NCBI GenBank assembly: GCA_965219455.1
Contig: OZ244744.1
Coordinates: forward strand, 4,864,001-4,928,000
Length of the DNA: 64,000 bases
Direction: 5' to 3'
Source of the DNA: Candidatus Latescibacterota bacterium
GTDB taxonomy: Bacteria > Latescibacterota > UBA2968 > GCA-2709665
The position numbers and the translations under genes were made by a program. Under the pieces are notes generated by a model. It did no database searches. It was given only the letters and a program-made list of their open reading frames with translations, and was not told where the DNA came from. Below, piece after piece: positions 9,211-18,783 of the stretch (within the stretch, counting starts at the first letter, position 1; the number at the start of each line of letters is the position of its first letter).

Positions 9211-11016
9211 TTATTTCAATTGAATTTTCGGAAGATACGTTTTGAGATAGGTGCGTTTCCACCATTCGCCTGTCCGGCTTTCTTCATCCGGGGTTGTGAA
9301 GCGATAGTCGTACAGTTGCGCCCGCAAGTACCGTGGGGGGCTGTTGGGAAACGGATTCCGGGCAAGAAGGTCGGTCACCGCCGGCGACCCTTCGAGCAGC
9401 CGGAGACAGAGGTGGGCGAACCAGGGACTCTGCCGGTAGTGGCCGAGCGCGGCGAACCACATCTGCCAGTCCAACCGGGGCTGGTGCGGCGCCACAACCG
9501 GGGGCCGTCCGGCCGGCGCGCCGGGTTTGTAGCGAAATTCGTAGGGTAGCCAGGTTTTGCCGTCCCTGCTGCCTTCGAGGATGATTTCCGGTCTCCGCGT
9601 GGTCATCACCTGGAAAAGACCGTAGTTGTTCACGATATGGTAAGGGGCCACCGCCCGGTTGAGAGCGACCAGGGCGTGGGGCCAGGGCGGTTTCAGGCGC
9701 AGGCTGAAACTGCACAGGTACACGAGGCTCAGGATCACGACGAAAACGGCAAGCGGTACCGCCGCCAGCCGTTGGATGCGTTGTAGGGTCCGATTTCCCG
9801 GTTCGGAGCCGGAAAAAAGGGCTCTGAGGCGTTTCGGCCACGATACGTCGTCGATCAGCCAGAGACAGAGGGCCGCCGCGAGCAGGTTGAAATAGGTATA
9901 GTTGCCGGTGAGCGCAATACCGAACTGCAGGCCGGCCAGCATCACACAGGCTGCGGTCCGGAGCCGTCGAGGCGCGAAGATGAAGAAGGGCGCCACCAGT
10001 TCAACGAAGAACATCGCGGCCGCGGAAACGACGTGGACGCCTTCCGGCAGATGATGGGCGTACCAGGCCAGGGGATTGGGAAGGGGTTGTGTCTGGTAGT
10101 GATAGGTGAGTGCGCTGAGGTCGCGCCAGGTCGCGTCGCCACTCGTGAGTTTGACAACGCCGGAGGCGAACATGAAGCGAAAGAGCAGCCAGCGATAAAG
10201 CCAGGCAACGAGTCGTGCGGGCACAATGGCGCCGCGTCTCGCCGGAAGTTTCCAGGGTGCGAGAAACACGGCCAGCAGACCGGCTTCGAGGAGCAGGACG
10301 TCCCATTGAAAGGATAGAAAGGGGCCGCCGGCCGTGACGATGGAAAGATAGGCCGTCCAGAGCAACAGAAAGGCGAGGCCGGAGGCGGGAACGAGCACGG
10401 CGCCGAGCGCGAGCAGCGTGCCGGCGCCGCAGAGGAAGTGGAGAAACATGTCGCTCTGGTCGAACCAGAACAGGGTGGGGTACCGGAGCGGGTGGCCATC
10501 TTCCGCGGCAAGACGAATGGATTCGCCGATCGGCAGGATACCCCGGGTGCCGATAAGGCCATGCGCCTGCACCCAGAACGATAGAAAAGCGATCAGGTAA
10601 ATAACGGCCAGGGCGCGTAGGAACAGGTCGGCGGACGTCCGATACGCGGGTCGGCGGAGGTCCTGTCCCCACAGCCACCGCGTAACCGTTGACACCGTTT
10701 TCCGGTTGCGGGCGACCAGCCGGTAGCCGGCTTCCACGCCCCCGGCGAACCCGGGCAGCCGGCGGTAACACCACCACAACAGCTTCCCCGCCGGCCCCGT
10801 GAACGCGAGCAGACAGAGAGCGGCCCTGGCGCCGCTGTAGACTTCGCCGTCCGGCCGGATCCACTGGACGGCGTTTTCAAATTGCTCCGGGGATATGTGC
10901 GGAAATCGGTGGGCAACCTCTTGGGAAGCCGCGAAATCAACCCGATCACCGGTGGCGGCGCGAATGCGGTCCACCCACCGCGTGCAGAAGCCGCAGTTGC
11001 CATCGTACACAAACAT
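9211..11016 (-). CDS. lipase maturation factor (LMF) family protein with N-terminal DCC thiol-disulfide oxidoreductase domain
   Basis: N-terminal YDGNCGFC; LMF motifs FQWDVLLLEAG, SGVVKL, HYQTQPLP and PHQPRLDWQMWFAAL. Confidence 0.92.
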   Translation of the reverse strand: MFVYDGNCGFCTRWVDRIRAATGDRVDFAASQEVAHRFPHISPEQFENAVQWIRPDGEVYSGARAALCLLAFTGPAGKLLWWCYRRLPGFAGGVEAGYRLVARNRKTVSTVTRWLWGQDLRRPAYRTSADLFLRALAVIYLIAFLSFWVQAHGLIGTRGILPIGESIRLAAEDGHPLRYPTLFWFDQSDMFLHFLCGAGTLLALGAVLVPASGLAFLLLWTAYLSIVTAGGPFLSFQWDVLLLEAGLLAVFLAPWKLPARRGAIVPARLVAWLYRWLLFRFMFASGVVKLTSGDATWRDLSALTYHYQTQPLPNPLAWYAHHLPEGVHVVSAAAMFFVELVAPFFIFAPRRLRTAACVMLAGLQFGIALTGNYTYFNLLAAALCLWLIDDVSWPKRLRALFSGSEPGNRTLQRIQRLAAVPLAVFVVILSLVYLCSFSLRLKPPWPHALVALNRAVAPYHIVNNYGLFQVMTTRRPEIILEGSRDGKTWLPYEFRYKPGAPAGRPPVVAPHQPRLDWQMWFAALGHYRQSPWFAHLCLRLLEGSPAVTDLLARNPFPNSPPRYLRAQLYDYRFTTPDEESRTGEWWKRTYLKTYLPKIQLK

Positions 11017-11020
11017 TCGA

Positions 11021-11734
11021 TTACCGGACGAAACTGGCGATGAGTCCGAGGAAACCGCCGAATACGCCGCCCCAGACCACGAGCCAGCCAAGGTGTTCGC
11101 GGATCATCTCCTGCACGATCTGCTTGACCATTTCGGGTGTGAGTTCGTCCAGCCGGCGGGTCACGATGGTGTCCGCCCTGGCCACCAGGGCTTCCCCGGC
11201 GTAAGCGCTTTTCAGGCCGGACATGATTGCGTCTTTGAAGGAGTGAGAAAGCAGCATATCTCGGAGTTCGTCCTTCATCTTGATCTTGAAGGGGTCCCGG
11301 AGCGGTTCCAGCGCTCTGGCGCCGCCCACGATTCCTAGCATGCCGCCAAACGGAGACGCGAGCACGACGTCCACGAAACCGGCGTAGATGCGATCATAGT
11401 CAACGGCGTCGACGACGGGGTCAGGGTTGAACGGTTCTCCTTTGTGAGGCGCCTCCATGGCGAGAAATTCCTCCACCTTCTCCCGGGTGAAGAATTGTTC
11501 CATAATGAGCTTTCGAATGCCGGTTTTGAATTCTTCGAAACGTTCGGGAACCACGCCGGAGCCGTAAAGGCCGGGTACTTTTTCGAAGAGCATATGTACG
11601 GCCAGCCAGTTCGTAAAAGCGCCCGACGTCGCGAACAGCCCAACGGCCAGGATTTGATCCCGATATACCGGACTGAGTGCGCCGGCGCCAATGAGCCCCA
11701 GTGATATGAGGTTTGTCAGCAGGCTTTTGTTCAT
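11021..11734 (-). CDS. DUF445 family membrane protein
   Basis: TNWLAVHMLFEKVPGLYGSGV and C-terminal HLGWLVVWGGVFGG. Confidence 0.85.
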   Translation of the reverse strand: MNKSLLTNLISLGLIGAGALSPVYRDQILAVGLFATSGAFTNWLAVHMLFEKVPGLYGSGVVPERFEEFKTGIRKLIMEQFFTREKVEEFLAMEAPHKGEPFNPDPVVDAVDYDRIYAGFVDVVLASPFGGMLGIVGGARALEPLRDPFKIKMKDELRDMLLSHSFKDAIMSGLKSAYAGEALVARADTIVTRRLDELTPEMVKQIVQEMIREHLGWLVVWGGVFGGFLGLIASFVR

Positions 11735-11743
11735 AGAGTCAGA

Positions 11744-11775
11744 CTTACATGGATAGACAGGATAGTCAGGATAAG
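11744..11775 (-). repeat. 9-nt periodic ATCC repeat (atcctgact atcctgtct atccatgta on the minus strand)
   Basis: Three ATCC units 9 nt apart; related to copies near 26.6, 28.7 and 39.6 kb. Confidence 0.6.
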
Positions 11776-11984
11776 AGCCAAGAGCAGGGCAAATGCTCAC
11801 TCTTCCGTGCCAAAGTGATGAATCCTTACCTTTGTTGTGCAACGGTCGAGTCCCGGATCATTGCACTGGAGGCCGGGACGATGTGGCGTTGAATTACGTT
11901 TTTCGAGATTAAATCTACATATATAGAAATCTTACTTTAATTTTATTTAAGATATATTGAATAATACAAAATACGCTGCCCGCC

Positions 11985-12006
11985 GCCTGCCGGACAGGCA
12001 GACAGG
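11985..12006. repeat. short palindromic element GCCTGCC...GCAGACAGG
   Basis: Has the same ends as the reverse complement of the 39-bp repeats at 50277 and 50406. Confidence 0.5.
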
Positions 12007-12050
12007 TGATACCCGTGGTTTGTCAAGACGGTTACGAATCTGGTGTGAAG

Positions 12051-12074
12051 GTGGGGCAGACATTCCTGTCTGCC
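12051..12074. repeat. REP-like palindrome gtggggcagacattcctgtctgcc
   Basis: GGCAGACA/TGTCTGCC stem preceded by a GTGG tetranucleotide, typical REP architecture. Confidence 0.55.
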
Positions 12075-12168
12075 GCTTTCATTAATCGATCCTGCGATGA
12101 CACTCTCTTACCACCACCGTAATATCTCTCAATCGACAGCGCCCGTTGCCGCGCATCCCGCGGGTTTT

Positions 12169-13257
12169 TCAGGATGGTCCCGTAAAGGCCGCCAGATATT
12201 GCACGGTGGCCTTCTCCCAGGAGTATTCACGCCGCACAAAGGCCCGGACCCGCGTCCTCACACAGTCTTTATCTTCTGCGGGGAGGTCCACGTACCGGTG
12301 GATCTGTTCGACAAAAGCGGCATAGTCCCCGGGCGAGACACGGAAGCCGCCGTCGCGCAGGCTCTCGCCCAGGGCATCCACGTTGAAATAGACCACGGGA
12401 AGGCCTGCGTACAGACACTCCAGAGGGGCGATGCCGAAGCCTTCCGCGTCGTGGCGAAGATGGATATTGGGCATCAGGAAGAGTTGCGCCTCCCGCCGAA
12501 GCATGGCCACCGTGGAATCGTCCAACCTGCCGAGCGTAAAGACGCGGTCCCCCAGATTCCGGGATTCGACGGCGGCAGTAATGCGATCCTGCGTGGGTCC
12601 GCTTCCGCTGATGAACAGGCAAATATCTTTCCTCATCAGGGGCATGCCGTTTTCGATGAACTCGACCATTCCCTTCCGTCGAACCTGCCGCCCGTAGTTC
12701 AGCAAAAAAGGGCGTTCTTCCAGGCGAAGGCCGTGCGCCTGTTCAAAGCGGTCTCTCAGGCGCCGGTGCTCCGCTTCGGAAGGGATGACGGCGTTAATGC
12801 CCTGATAAATGACGCGCGTTTTTTCCGCTGGCAGGCCGCTTCGGGAGGCAAGCGCCGCCGTTGCTCGGCTGACCATAACGGCCCGGTCGCAGGTCCGGGC
12901 GCCCGCCCGCATGAGACGGCCGAAGAAAGCGCGCCGGAATGTCAACTCGGCGCCGTGGATGGTCACCGTGAACCACGCCGGCGTGAAGGGGCGCAGAAAC
13001 GGCGCGAGGGCGGCGGTAACCCCGTCCATAAAGAAAATGACGTTGGGACGGCGGCGGAGAATGTGGAACACGGCGGCGCAGAACGCATAGGGCATGAACC
13101 AGGCCAGGTGATAGATCGGTTCTTTGCCAAGGGCGATAAGCGTTACGGGACACCGTTGGCGAAGCCTCGTATGGAGTTCCTTCGCATAGGTCTGAATGCC
13201 GCCCACCGAAGGTGGATAACGCCTGGCGAGAAAGAGGATGCGTGGGCTGGGAATCAT
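12169..13257 (-). CDS. glycosyltransferase family 4 protein
   Basis: YPPSVGGIQ, TIHG, GRQVRRKG and EGFGIAPLE motifs. Confidence 0.92.
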   Translation of the reverse strand: MIPSPRILFLARRYPPSVGGIQTYAKELHTRLRQRCPVTLIALGKEPIYHLAWFMPYAFCAAVFHILRRRPNVIFFMDGVTAALAPFLRPFTPAWFTVTIHGAELTFRRAFFGRLMRAGARTCDRAVMVSRATAALASRSGLPAEKTRVIYQGINAVIPSEAEHRRLRDRFEQAHGLRLEERPFLLNYGRQVRRKGMVEFIENGMPLMRKDICLFISGSGPTQDRITAAVESRNLGDRVFTLGRLDDSTVAMLRREAQLFLMPNIHLRHDAEGFGIAPLECLYAGLPVVYFNVDALGESLRDGGFRVSPGDYAAFVEQIHRYVDLPAEDKDCVRTRVRAFVRREYSWEKATVQYLAAFTGPS

Positions 13258-13484
13258 TGGCGGTCCGCGGTCGACAGTTTACGTCCAGCCGAATCAGGCC
13301 TAAAGCATACATTATAACTGTCCTATTATATGCGCCTTATGCGGTGCGTTGCAAGAAGTATTAGAGGAGGGCGCGGCCGTCGGGTGTCGAATTTCCGATG
13401 CGCCGCATCTGCACTTCGAACCGGCATTTCGCGATCGCCCGCCCGCCCGCGGCCTGGTCCGCACCCGATGGGGTTTTTTGTGCT

Positions 13485-13513
13485 TTGACAGCTCCGGCGC
13501 ACACGGGTATCTT
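13485..13513 (+). promoter_or_regulatory. sigma-70-type promoter
   Basis: TTGACA-17 nt-TATCTT upstream of the oxygenase gene. Confidence 0.55.
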
Positions 13514-13658
13514 GTGATCGAGCCGGAAGCATGAAGCCTGTAAACGCGTTGATGTTTCTGTAGATTCCAGGTCGTTATCCCCGGCGTCGGGTTGGACGCG
13601 GCATCGGGCACGCCGGTTTCAACGATTGCCGAACTCGATCACAACGGAGAGTGGCAGG

Positions 13659-14681
13659 ATGAATTCAGACACACAGGGACTGGACAGAGGCGAGCGAGCC
13701 ACGGACTTCGTGCTTCCCCTGGCGCCGGATGGCACGCCGACCCGGTTCTATTCGAGGGCGGGCGGCGCCCCCGCGGTGCTTGTGTTTTCGGGCGCCTGCG
13801 ACGAACGCCTGGCGGGCTTTTCGGCCGCCCTGGACAAACGGAATGTGGACATCCTGGCCGTGGTGGCTTCCGGGGCGGCGCAGACGCCGCGGTGGCCCCA
13901 TCCGGTTTTTGTGGATGCGAAAGGCGTGGTTCGTTCCGCGTATCGGATCGGGGATTCGGGAGCATCCGTCGTGTTGGTGCTGGATGCGAATCTGCGTGTG
14001 CTCGCGTCGGTTGTTCTGGATGACGCCCCGAACGCCGCACGGAAGGTGCGGAACGTATTGGATTCAAACCAGGCCGAACCCGAACCCAGGGTGGTTGACA
14101 CGCAGGCCCCCGTGCTATTGATTCCCAATGTACTGGATCCCGAGATCTGCCATTTTCTGATGCAGGTGTGGGAAAACAGAGGCAACGTGGAAACCGGCGT
14201 GGAGCAGTCTCAAAGTACGGGTCGGGGAGAGCGGATCGACGTGGAACAAAAAAGCCGCAGGGACCATACCGTAAACGACGACAAACTGGTGAGGTTGCTG
14301 TCCTCCACCGTCGGGCGACGGGTGATGCCTGAGGTGCAGCGGTCGTTTGCGTACCGCGCCACACGATTTGAAGGGTTCAAAATAGCCCGTTACGACGCCG
14401 CGTCCGGCGGTTTTTTTCACGCGCATCGGGACAATCTGAGCCCGTCGACCGCTCACAGGCGGTTTGCGCTCACGTTGAACCTGAACGAACAGTACAGGGG
14501 TGGATACCTTCGTTTTCCGGAGTTCGGCCCCCATCTCTACGGACCCCGGGCCGGCGGCGCGGTGGTATTTTCCTGTTCGCATCTGCACGAGGTCACCCAG
14601 GTGACGTCGGGGATGCGGTTCACCCTGCTTTCCTTCCTTTTCGGAGAGGAGGAAACGCGATCTCCGCGACAAACTCGCTGA
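13659..14681 (+). CDS. redoxin-fold + 2OG-Fe(II) oxygenase fusion
   Basis: N-terminal GERATDFVLP redoxin-like domain; C-terminal FHAHRDN...YRGGYLRFPE...HLHEV...RFT. Confidence 0.85.
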   Translation: MNSDTQGLDRGERATDFVLPLAPDGTPTRFYSRAGGAPAVLVFSGACDERLAGFSAALDKRNVDILAVVASGAAQTPRWPHPVFVDAKGVVRSAYRIGDSGASVVLVLDANLRVLASVVLDDAPNAARKVRNVLDSNQAEPEPRVVDTQAPVLLIPNVLDPEICHFLMQVWENRGNVETGVEQSQSTGRGERIDVEQKSRRDHTVNDDKLVRLLSSTVGRRVMPEVQRSFAYRATRFEGFKIARYDAASGGFFHAHRDNLSPSTAHRRFALTLNLNEQYRGGYLRFPEFGPHLYGPRAGGAVVFSCSHLHEVTQVTSGMRFTLLSFLFGEEETRSPRQTR

Positions 14682-14705
14682 AAAGACGCAACCCGGCAGT
14701 GCGCA

Positions 14706-16625
14706 TCACCACGTATGTACCATTTTTCCATCGCCCGGGAACCAGATCGCATCGGTGAGCGTCGAGATGCCCACGCCGAGGGTATAGCCGATGAGCAGGC
14801 CCACAAAAAAGGGTTGGAAATTGCGGTAGAGCGCGATACCGCCGATCCGAAGCACAAGGGACTTGAAAGCCCACACGAGAAAAACCGTGAAGGCGGTAAC
14901 CCTTACCGGGAACGCGTAACCGACCGTGAAGCCGATGGGGTGCAGCGGCCACCACGGAAAACGCAGCCTGAGCATTCCCAGTAGAAGCGTGCCCGCGGCG
15001 CCGGCGGCCAGAAAGGCGAGTTCCGTTCCGGTGAACGTGGGCGCGGCGCCGGCCCATGTGACCACGCGGTCGAACATTCGGAGGCCATACCCTCCGAAGA
15101 CGTAGACGTGTCGGATGTTGGCCGCGCCGGTCGCGCTGTAACAGAGGTTCAGGGTGTAAGCGATAGACGCGACGAAGCCGACCACGAAGGCCGCACAGAG
15201 CGCCGCGGTCATACGGAAGCGATTCCAGCGAAAGCTGTGGTGGATGCGAGCGACGTGTACCAGCGAGGGCAGGATATATTGCCGGTGACTCTCAACGGCG
15301 TTGGCTGCAAGGGCCAGACCCACGTGATCGGCGGTCTGTACCTTCGTGCTCAGTATTGCGGCGGTCAGCGCCTGGGTACGCTGCGGCGTTTCGATGTAGA
15401 CCAGGCCGGTTTCGGCGACGATCTTGGACAGGCCCAGAAAGAAGATGAGCAACAGGCCGAGCTGGACCGTGACCGCGAGGATGGAGATGCCCAGCGCGTG
15501 CAGCCACCCTGCGGCATAGACCAGGGACACGATCAGACCGATTACGGCGGCGCGGTAGGACAGCAGTTCGTCCGCATCGTCGAGTTCCGGACGCGGCCGC
15601 CAGGCGCTGCGGAAGACGTTGGCAATATGGGATCGGGCCATATAAAGGCCCAGGAGAACGAGCGCCACGAAGCCGCCCGCCTGCTGCAGAAGAACGCCGC
15701 CGTGGTATTCGCTGCTGACGATAATGCCAAGACGGTTGGTCAGGCCGATCTCAAAGAGCGATAGCAGATGAAAGACCCATACGGATAACAGCACCTCCAG
15801 GTTCGTGAGATAACCGAACGCGGCGACCACGAAATTGAATTTTATCTGCAGCGGCGGGAAGTCGTGGCCGAAGGTGAGGGCGCTCGAATACGTGGGGCCG
15901 AGTGGAATGTAGGGCACGCGGTGAGAGAACCGGGGCAGCACGTTCCACGCGAGAACGAAAATGCCGATCCCGAATCCGGTCCAGAAACGCCGGTTGTTGA
16001 AGAGCGGGATGGCGCCCGACCGGGGATCGGATATCATCATCAGCGGCAGCCGGGCCAGAGGAAAGACGATCCGTTCGTGTTCCACCCACTGCTTGCGGAG
16101 GATCACGGCGATGCTGAGGCAGGCGAAAAAGAGCGCGAAGAGCAGGGTGAACCACCAGAAGAGAGGCGCCAGCCAGACCTCCCATGGGACGGTCTGGCCT
16201 CTTGGCAGCCCTTCCCACAGGTGGGTGATGGCGCCGTTCAGGTTGCCGGGGACGGACCAGGGCCGCAGGTGTTCGATGACGAACTCACCCCATCGGTTTT
16301 CGGGTGTCGCCTTATAGTACGGCGTGGCGAGGACGGCGATCAGGCGGCCTGCGACGTTTTTTGTGGGAAATGCGCTCCCGATGAAGCCCATACAGAGGAC
16401 GAGACCGAGTTCCTGGCCGTTCAGGGTCCAACGCGGCCGGACGTTCTGAAGGACCCGGTTGGTCAGGAAGAGGAGCAGGAACGGCAGCCAGAGGGACATG
16501 GGCAGGTGGCCCAGGGAGACGCGGGAGGCGCGCAGGCGGTAGGTGGTGTCTGTCGCGAAGAGGCAGATGACAACGGTAAGCGCAAGGCCGATGAGGATGG
16601 ACCGGCGGCTGACAGTCTGTGCCAT
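14706..16625 (-). CDS. DUF6785/DUF6784-type multi-pass membrane protein (putative transporter)
   Basis: ILRKQWVEHERIVFPL, WWPLHPIG and GGIALYR..PFFVGL motifs; many transmembrane segments. Confidence 0.75.
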   Translation of the reverse strand: MAQTVSRRSILIGLALTVVICLFATDTTYRLRASRVSLGHLPMSLWLPFLLLFLTNRVLQNVRPRWTLNGQELGLVLCMGFIGSAFPTKNVAGRLIAVLATPYYKATPENRWGEFVIEHLRPWSVPGNLNGAITHLWEGLPRGQTVPWEVWLAPLFWWFTLLFALFFACLSIAVILRKQWVEHERIVFPLARLPLMMISDPRSGAIPLFNNRRFWTGFGIGIFVLAWNVLPRFSHRVPYIPLGPTYSSALTFGHDFPPLQIKFNFVVAAFGYLTNLEVLLSVWVFHLLSLFEIGLTNRLGIIVSSEYHGGVLLQQAGGFVALVLLGLYMARSHIANVFRSAWRPRPELDDADELLSYRAAVIGLIVSLVYAAGWLHALGISILAVTVQLGLLLIFFLGLSKIVAETGLVYIETPQRTQALTAAILSTKVQTADHVGLALAANAVESHRQYILPSLVHVARIHHSFRWNRFRMTAALCAAFVVGFVASIAYTLNLCYSATGAANIRHVYVFGGYGLRMFDRVVTWAGAAPTFTGTELAFLAAGAAGTLLLGMLRLRFPWWPLHPIGFTVGYAFPVRVTAFTVFLVWAFKSLVLRIGGIALYRNFQPFFVGLLIGYTLGVGISTLTDAIWFPGDGKMVHTW

Positions 16626-16842
16626 GGAATGGGATCCGGGCTTCTGCGCGAGGTTGGAAGGACGGGCGGATGGGGCGATTGACATCGGGAATCGACGCCG
16701 GGCTGTTGCGCGCGGGGCCCAGAGTGGCGATAATATGAAGCGTATGGGCTGCCGTGTCAACGGATGAATAGCCCGTCTTTCTCACGTTCCTTTCCGCCTG
16801 CAGCCAGTGGCCTGCGGGCGGGTGCGGTCCGCCGGAGGGCGT

Positions 16843-17706
16843 GTGTCCGATATCGAGCAAAGTATACATATCCGGCCGATGACGCCGGCGGATGTCGCGA
16901 CCGGCATGCGGTTCAAGACACTGGCCGGCTGGAATCAGGTCGAACAGGACTGGCGGCGTTTTCTGGCGCTCTCGCCCGACGGATGTTTTGTCGCCGACGT
17001 CGGGGGCGAGCCGGCCGGTACGGTGGTGACGGTAACGTTCGGCGGGGTCTGTGGCTGGGTCGCGATGGTGCTGGTACCGCCGGCGCGACGGCGTCAGGGA
17101 ATCGGCACGGCGATGTTGCGGCACGGGATCGCCCACCTTCAGGCCAATGGCGTGAATACGATCAAGCTGGACGCGACGCCCATGGGCCGGCGGGTGTACG
17201 TGCCGCTCGGATTTCGAGATGAGTACGGGTTGCAACGGCGGGAAGGGGTCGGACAGGCGTGCCGGTGGGCGTCGGTGCGCCCGATGCGCAACACGGACCT
17301 GGCCGACGTGGTTGCCTTCGATACGCCATACTATGGCGTTTGTCGTGAGGATCTGTTAAGGTTTCTGTACCGGGATTCAGGGGGCTTGTGCGGTGTCTTC
17401 CCACAGGACGGGCGCGCGATCGCAGGTTACGTGATGGTCAGGCCAGGCAGCGGCGCTTTTCAGATCGGACCTCTGGTGGCGGAACACGAGCGGGCCGGCA
17501 GGGCGCTGTTCTGCTGGGCGCTGGACCGGCTGGCCGGCGAACCGGTTTTCTTCGACCTGCCGCTGGTTAATCCGGACGGGACGGCGCTGGCCGGGGAATT
17601 CGGGTTTTCGGTGCAGCGCGGATTCACACGGATGTACCACGGCGAAGACCCTTACGGGGGTTATCCGCGGCAGGTGTATGCAACCTCGGGCCCTGAAAAA
17701 GGTTAA
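16843..17706 (+). CDS. tandem GNAT N-acetyltransferase (YitH-like)
   Basis: GWNQ, RRQGIG, LDATPMG...Y..LGF and QIGPLVA motifs. Confidence 0.85.
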   Translation: MSDIEQSIHIRPMTPADVATGMRFKTLAGWNQVEQDWRRFLALSPDGCFVADVGGEPAGTVVTVTFGGVCGWVAMVLVPPARRRQGIGTAMLRHGIAHLQANGVNTIKLDATPMGRRVYVPLGFRDEYGLQRREGVGQACRWASVRPMRNTDLADVVAFDTPYYGVCREDLLRFLYRDSGGLCGVFPQDGRAIAGYVMVRPGSGAFQIGPLVAEHERAGRALFCWALDRLAGEPVFFDLPLVNPDGTALAGEFGFSVQRGFTRMYHGEDPYGGYPRQVYATSGPEKG

Positions 17707-17737
17707 GAGCGGCGGCGGTTTGAATAAGGGTGATACG

Positions 17738-18757
17738 ATGACACGGCGTCCGTTGCTGGGGATCACGATGGGAGATGTCTGCGGCATCGGTCCGGAGGTG
17801 ATCGCAAAGGCGTTGAGTCATCCGGAGGTATACGCGTTCTGCCGGCCGCTCGTGGTCGGCGACGTGGATGCCCTTGTCGCCAACCTGGCGCATTCGAAGC
17901 GTCGGATCGAGGTTCGAAGGGTCGACGCGCCAGAACAGGGTCGATACCGCTTCGGACAGATTGATCTGTGGGCACCAGTCGACGTGGATCATGCGCAGGT
18001 CGAGACAGGCCGGGTCTGTCCCGAAGCGGGCCGGGCGGCCGTGGAATGGGTGGTTCGGGCGGTGGATCTGGCGGTGGCGGGGCGGATCGATGCAATCGCG
18101 ACGGCGCCGCTGAATAAGGAGGCGATGAACCGGGCCGGATTCCGGTATGCGGGTCATACGGAACTGCTCGCGGAGCGCCTGGGCGTTTCGGATGTCCGTT
18201 TGATGCTGGCGTCCGAACGCTTGAACGTGGCCCATGTCACGGGACACGTGGCGCTGGCTAAGGTGCCGGAATGGTTGACGGAAGCGCGCGTTCTCGGCAC
18301 GATCAGACTGCTCCACGGCGCTCTGACAAACATGGGCCGGCCGCGTCCCCGCATTGCCGTGTGCGGGTTGAATCCGCACGCGGGAGAGGCGGGTATCCTG
18401 GGCGGAGAAGACATGGAATTGATTCACCCGGCAGTTCATACGGCGAATGCCGAGGGAATGCGGGTTGCCGGGCCGTTGCCCGCGGATACGGTTTTTCTGA
18501 AGGCGTACAACGGGGAGTTTGATGGCGTGGTGGCGATGTACCACGACCAGGGCCACGCGCCCGTCAAGCTGGTGGCGTTCCACGATGCGGTAAACGTGAC
18601 GTTGGGCCTGCCCATCGTCCGGGTGTCCGTGGACCACGGTACGGCGTTCGATATCGCGGGCAAGGGCGTGGCGGACGAGAACAACATGCTCGAAACGCTA
18701 CGCCTGGGGACGCGCCTGGCCGAAAGAAAGGAATTGAGACCGGTTGACGATGAGTAA
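17738..18757 (+). CDS. pdxA: 4-hydroxythreonine-4-phosphate dehydrogenase (PdxA/PdxA2 family)
   Basis: TMGD..GIGPE, GHTE, GLNPHAGE, AMYHDQG and RVSVDHGTAFDIAGKG motifs. Confidence 0.93.
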   Translation: MTRRPLLGITMGDVCGIGPEVIAKALSHPEVYAFCRPLVVGDVDALVANLAHSKRRIEVRRVDAPEQGRYRFGQIDLWAPVDVDHAQVETGRVCPEAGRAAVEWVVRAVDLAVAGRIDAIATAPLNKEAMNRAGFRYAGHTELLAERLGVSDVRLMLASERLNVAHVTGHVALAKVPEWLTEARVLGTIRLLHGALTNMGRPRPRIAVCGLNPHAGEAGILGGEDMELIHPAVHTANAEGMRVAGPLPADTVFLKAYNGEFDGVVAMYHDQGHAPVKLVAFHDAVNVTLGLPIVRVSVDHGTAFDIAGKGVADENNMLETLRLGTRLAERKELRPVDDE

Positions 18758-18783
18758 GACTCTGGCCCCGCGCCTTTGCGATT

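Noticed and set aside
12097-13317. 406-aa + strand ORF
   Set aside because: Antisense shadow of the GT4 gene with no motifs; long shadow ORFs are expected at high GC.
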